Below, in pieces: positions 59,534 to 64,000 of a stretch of 64,000 nt of DNA. The stretch lies in the NCBI GenBank assembly GCA_000004985.1, contig GG738851.1; one strand, given 5' to 3'. Position numbers and translations under genes: made by a program. Source of the DNA: Naegleria gruberi (Eukaryota). The number at the start of each line of letters is the position of its first letter. Positions within the stretch are counted from its first letter, which is position 1. Below the pieces are notes generated by a model. That model saw only the letters and a list, made by a program, of their open reading frames with translations. It had not been told where the DNA came from and did no database searches.

Positions 59534-60159
59534 TTTGTTTTTTTCAATTTTTTAACACAATTTGACTCTTGGTGTGAATAAATCGTACTTTCATACTAAT
59601 ACTAACTGCGCTCTGATGACAGAAGATATTACTGTACACCAACAAATTTCAGTGATAAAACATGATAAGACTAACGTGTCATAGGTTGGTTTTAACAATT
59701 GTCATGCTGAATTAGTGTATTGGATCCAATTACAATCCATACATGGCTGTACGAAAGATAATTCGATTACAAAGTTATAACATTAAAAGGAAGAATTTTG
59801 GATTTCTCCTCGGTTTCAGTGACTATCCAACAAGATTGAGATAAACCCAAATTTCAAGTTATGGATTTTCCATGTTTTGATTCCAGAGTTTGCACTTTAA
59901 GACAATAGTATGGTTGTAAAGTTAAATTGATTTGTTTGACATCTCATATGTCCTCAAGTTACTGTAAGTTACAAACAACAATCCAAGGAGATTGATGCCA
60001 AAAGTTGAGAAATTGTTATTGGCAACCTAAACTGTCCCTTGTTTCCTTCAATTTTTCTCCTCTAACATTCGTTCCAATCCAGGTAATAATAACAAGCAAA
60101 GCAATAATAAGATATTAAATCATAATACAATTTTTATTGAGATCAAGTTATCGTCCCAT

Positions 60160-60335
60160 TATCCATCACTTTAAATGTTTTAATGTGATGATGAATAATG
60201 TTCACTCCAACATTGTCATCATTGTTGTGATGAATTACTTATAGTAATAATAATCTCCATTTTCTTCATCGTGATGATGATCATTCACAGCACCTGGATT
60301 TGCTCTAACTGTTGGAATTTCTGGATCGGATGTTG
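60160..60335. repeat. ~175-bp dispersed repeat copy B (intact; overlaps C-terminal codons of gene 60235..60868)
   Basis: Encodes ..DPEIPTVRANPGAVNDHHHDEENGDYYYYK* on the minus strand. Homologous to 56425..56600. Confidence 0.6.
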
Positions 60336-60868
60336 TTGATTGTGATTTACATGTTTGAATGAGAATGTATGATTCCAAAAAGCTTTCAACTCCAGTTCTC
60401 TTTTCCTTCTCAATATCAAATATTGTGATTACATCCAATCCCTTTGGATGAAAGATGATAGAATTTGCGTTAGCGATTAGTCTTTCAATATCATACTTGA
60501 TTTTATCTGTTTCCTTAACTGCCTTTCTTTGAGTTAGCAAATTATTAACTAGATACCACACACCAAATACCACTAACCACAGTCCTAATGTTAAAATACT
60601 TAATATAATATGCACAATTGTAATATATTTAATGAGAGGACTTGGTGTTAATCTCCTCTTCAGGGACTTGATAAGCTTATTCACCTCGCCAACAAAGTTT
60701 TCATATGTAGCCCTTTCTATATCATATTGTTCCAATAATTTAGGGTAAATATCATTATAGTTTTCCGAGTAAGGATTGAAATTACAGTGCCACAGAGAGG
60801 AGGAATCGAAATGACCATGCATCATAATGATTGTACTACTTTTTTTTCTAAGGTTAAACTTATTCATT
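60235..60868 (-). CDS. hypothetical small membrane protein (single TM, His/Tyr-rich C-terminus)
   Basis: ATG MNKFNLRKK.. (or MMHGHFD..); TM YITIVHIILSILTLGLWLVVFGVWYLV; no family recognised. Confidence 0.5.
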
Positions 60869-61099
60869 ATCAGCACACTCGCACAATTGTTGCGTGTGAA
60901 ATCGTGCTCTCAACGTTGAACTCTTGTGAAATATCCAGTTTGATTGTCGCGTCAATGTGCTACTACCTACTATTCCACATCAGGCTGATGTTGATACAAA
61001 GGAAAACCTCAGTAAAATATGCTATCTACATAATTCCCTTCCTAACAATCCGATTAAACGCAAGAATCTTACAACTGGACTTCAAATAGACTCTACACT

Positions 61100-61891
61100 T
61101 TAAATTAAATTGTGGAGGGAATCAATTAATTGCTGAATGTTTTCTCCCGATTGTGCACTCAGTTCAATAAGTTCAAGATGTTTACAACTTTCCTTAATAT
61201 GATTGAATTGGATAAAGTGTTCGAACAATTGAGTGCTGAAAATACAAGGAGCATCTCTGGAGTATTGTTAATTTTCTCATTTCCTTAAATCAATGAAATC
61301 TTACCTCTTATTCAAAACGACAATGAAATTCTTTTGATCTTTGAGTTTTGCCAATAAATTCAACAATTCAATACATGAAGCTGATAATTGCATTGAATTG
61401 GAAGCATCAATCACAAACTTTTACTTGATTCAGCACCATAAAGATCATTTAAACTTACTACAATAACTTTACACTCCTCAAAGTAACGATGCCAAGTAAG
61501 AATGATTCCTCCTCCAACTTCTCTAATCTTGATCTTCTTAGCCTTTTTCTTTCCAGATCCAATTATTAACTCCTCCAAATTCACTCCATTCGTTGGTAGG
61601 CCATCATAAAACACTAATAATTCACTATTGGTGATCACATCTAATTATTATTAAATTATTATTGAAATATATTAATAAATGATAATATTATTCGGAATTG
61701 TATTATTTTCAAAATCAAACTCCTAAGTAAGTAACAATATAATCCAATTATTATATAAACCTACTCTTCATTTGTTTAATGAGAAAACTCTTTCCACTTC
61801 CTTGCAAACCCAACATTAATACATCCACTCCATTATTATTAGAAGATGAAACAATTCCTCCACTATTACTCCTTGCCAAATTATTGCTCAT
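61100..61891 (-). CDS. ARF-like (ARL) small GTPase, 184 aa, 4 exons: 61765..61891, 61462..61640, 61305..61417, 61100..61235
   Basis: G1 VLMLGLQGSGKS; G3 region IREVGGG with ILTWHRYF (ARF WDVGGQ..IRPLWRHYF); FVIDASN (ARF FVVDSND); VVLNK (NKxD region); CSA-like LSAQSGENIQQL. Introns: 61641..61764 (GTAGGT..AATTAG), 61418..61461 (44 nt), 61236..61304 (GTAAGA..TTTCAG). Confidence 0.75.
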
Positions 61892-62169
61892 ATTATAATC
61901 ACTCGGATATGAAAACAAATCTTCTCTATTATTGTTATTTCAACTTTTTTATAATTATTTCTTCCCGCCAACAATTTTAAAAATACATACGAATTGTAAA
62001 TTACTAAATTAATTTGAAAATAATTTAAAAATTAAATATAATTAAATAGTACTTGGTTTTGAATTTTGGGATAACGATAGGTAATGGGGCGTAAATGGAA
62101 GTGAACAGTTAAAACTTGCCACGTCCACGCTTCACTTGTCAATTCATCTTGTATTAATCTTTAAAAAAA

Positions 62170-64000
62170 ATGTTTAATTCGAAACTGGCAAGATGGGGAG
62201 GTCTTGTTATTTGTCTTTTAGTTTTGGGAGGAATTTTAATGAATTCCAGTCATATATTAAAGAAGAAACCATTTGGTTTATTAGGAGGTTCGAATACTTC
62301 TAATACGAAAGTAACGACAAATAATCCGACAACAACAACACCAACACCAACAACTCCTACAACAACACCAACATCAAATAACAACATTGAAGATACAGTT
62401 GAAATTTCCCGATTGGAATTGGAAGAATTAAAGATCAGTGCACAATCGTGTAAAGTTCTGAAACATTTTTCAATTGTTTTAATTGATACTGGAGGCGAGG
62501 TACATAAGAAAATTAGACAATTGGTTGGTTCAATCCATCGTTATCATGAATATGAATTATTAATTTATATTTATGGATTGGATCTTGATGAAGCTGCCAA
62601 AGGTGAAATTCATATTTGGAGAAATGTTGAATATTGGGATATTAGAAGTATTTATCAAGTTTCTACTAATGTTGATAGAACTGAGAAGATTATTGCAGAA
62701 TATTGGAAACCTGTGATATTTAAACATAGTGTTGAACGTTTGGGAAAGTTTGTTTACATTCAACCAGGTTATTATCTTTCACAAAAGTTGGAAGTTGATG
62801 CCATTGATGAATATTTGGAAAGACATGGCAGTTTTTATGCATCGCCTGAGTGTAAGGATGCATTGTCTAGTGAGAAATATCTGGCCATTGCTTCAACTTT
62901 TGATGTCGCCATGCATGGTATTCAATTCAATTCTTATGCCTATAAGAATATTTATACACCATTGTATGATTGTGCTAGAGCTCATTGTTCTCAAATTCAA
63001 ATGAAGGATTTGGATGCTGATAAGTTTATTTCTCTATCAGATGATTTGAAATTATCTGTTTTCTGTCAGGATATCACAAAGATTACCAAGTCATTAGTTA
63101 GTACACCACCTGGAGAGAGTGCTTGTTACATTATTAATAGAGAAGATTTTATACTTTCTGGAACTCAATTACCAGGTAGCCCACAAAAGTCATGGCTTGC
63201 CTTTACACCTTCAAAGGATGACAATGGAATCATCAAACAACCAGATGATAAGAGAATTCATGTTGCATTGGGTATACCAACAACTTCAAAGGGACACAAC
63301 CATGTAACTGAAAACCCACTGTTCAAAGTCTTGTTACCATCTCTCAAAAACACAATAGGAAAGAAGGGAACTGAGGAAGGCGACAAGTATGTTTACAAAC
63401 TCTATTTGGCTATTGATCGTGGTGATCCAGTTTACGATAAACCTGAAAATCAAAAGCAATTCAAAGAGTTAGTGAACAGTATGATGAGTGAGTACAATTT
63501 CCACTTCCAAATCATTAGGGTTATCAACTCATATGGTTGGGTTCCAATGCTTTGGAATACAGTTTTCCATCATTCTATTGATGATGGTGCCGATTACTTT
63601 TATCAACTTAATGATGATGTTAGGTTTATTACTCCTGGCTGGACTCAGACACTTATTGATAGACTGGCCAAAAATCCTGTCAGATCTAATTTTGGTGTTA
63701 CAGGACCAACTGATGAAGGAAACAGATCAATATTAACACAAGCTTTCGTCCATCGTACCCACCACAAGATATTCGGCTATTTCTATCCATATGTCTTTAA
63801 GAATTGGTTCAGTGACGACTGGATTTCACTAGTTTACAGAGATTATCATTCATACTTTAAGGATCCTCATCAACCAATGGTTCACAATCAACAAACATTT
63901 GGTACTAGATACGATGTTTGTAATGCTAATGGTAGAGAAAACTTGAATAAGGTTCTTCAATCATCTAAGATCAAAATTAAGGAATATTTGGAATCACACA
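62170..64000 (+). CDS. type II membrane glycosyltransferase-like protein (signal anchor, Thr/Pro-rich stem, globular domain with DD motif); 3' end outside window
   Basis: ATG at 62170, uninterrupted frame to the window end (>600 codons). It is absent from the ORF track only because no stop is reached. MFNSKLARWGGLVICLLVLGGIL anchor; TTTTPTPTTPTTTPT stem; YQLNDDVRFITPGW. Confidence 0.55.
   Translation, partial: MFNSKLARWGGLVICLLVLGGILMNSSHILKKKPFGLLGGSNTSNTKVTTNNPTTTTPTPTTPTTTPTSNNNIEDTVEISRLELEELKISAQSCKVLKHFSIVLIDTGGEVHKKIRQLVGSIHRYHEYELLIYIYGLDLDEAAKGEIHIWRNVEYWDIRSIYQVSTNVDRTEKIIAEYWKPVIFKHSVERLGKFVYIQPGYYLSQKLEVDAIDEYLERHGSFYASPECKDALSSEKYLAIASTFDVAMHGIQFNSYAYKNIYTPLYDCARAHCSQIQMKDLDADKFISLSDDLKLSVFCQDITKITKSLVSTPPGESACYIINREDFILSGTQLPGSPQKSWLAFTPSKDDNGIIKQPDDKRIHVALGIPTTSKGHNHVTENPLFKVLLPSLKNTIGKKGTEEGDKYVYKLYLAIDRGDPVYDKPENQKQFKELVNSMMSEYNFHFQIIRVINSYGWVPMLWNTVFHHSIDDGADYFYQLNDDVRFITPGWTQTLIDRLAKNPVRSNFGVTGPTDEGNRSILTQAFVHRTHHKIFGYFYPYVFKNWFSDDWISLVYRDYHSYFKDPHQPMVHNQQTFGTRYDVCNANGRENLNKVLQSSKIKIKEYLESH

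Noticed and set aside
56425-60335. Possible CRISPR-like or terminal-inverted-repeat element from the two 175-bp repeats
   Set aside because: There are only two copies, in direct orientation, ~3.7 kb apart. They have no short regular spacers and are clearly derived from a coding 3' end, so this is a segmental pseudo-copy, not a CRISPR array or transposon TIR.
60787-61089. Plus-strand ORF 60787..61089
   Set aside because: It overlaps the start of the 60235..60868 gene and the 3' UTR of the ARL gene on the opposite strand, and it begins with a non-ATG start.
62281-62295. ggttcgaatac resembling a tRNA T-arm
   Set aside because: It lies inside the glycosyltransferase-like CDS (codons GGS NTS) with no surrounding tRNA structure.

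Overview
This window is a gene-dense, AT-rich eukaryotic nuclear locus. It has TAA/TGA stops, poly-Q/N tracts and tiny GT..AG introns, and looks amoebozoan and most like a dictyostelid social amoeba. It is not prokaryotic, and there are no rRNA, tRNA or CRISPR features.

I can support about 38 protein-coding genes. The recognisable ones are: a BMS1 C-terminus, a kinesin, a short-chain dehydrogenase, RNA polymerase III subunit RPC7, 2-oxoglutarate dehydrogenase E1, a PKB/Akt-like kinase, a TVP38/TMEM41-family protein, UFD2/E4, a MESH1/HDDC3-like HD hydrolase, beta-amylase, BolA, insulin-degrading enzyme, an ARF-like GTPase and a partial type II glycosyltransferase-like gene.

Splice models were rebuilt by hand from conserved motifs. 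Most introns are 36-70 nt, with outliers at about 95, 124 and 201 nt. Splice coordinates are approximate to +/-2 nt, because my hand indexing and the ORF track disagreed by 1 nt at a few places.

I did not find one clear novel system. The items I would look at first are:
- a decaying bacterial-type AAA-ATPase-like/PD-(D/E)XK gene
- a CpG-rich intergenic island at about 34.7 kb
- an F-box fused to a degenerate Rab-like GTPase
- a duplicated divergent di-ubiquitin-like gene pair 37 kb apart, plus a lone GG-terminated UBL
- a 175-bp direct repeat that is a pseudo-copy of a gene's 3' end
- near-identical tandem EGF modules inside an NHL/EGF membrane protein
- an unrecognised Trp/His/Gly-rich domain protein
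- a block at 9.5-13.1 kb with different base composition.
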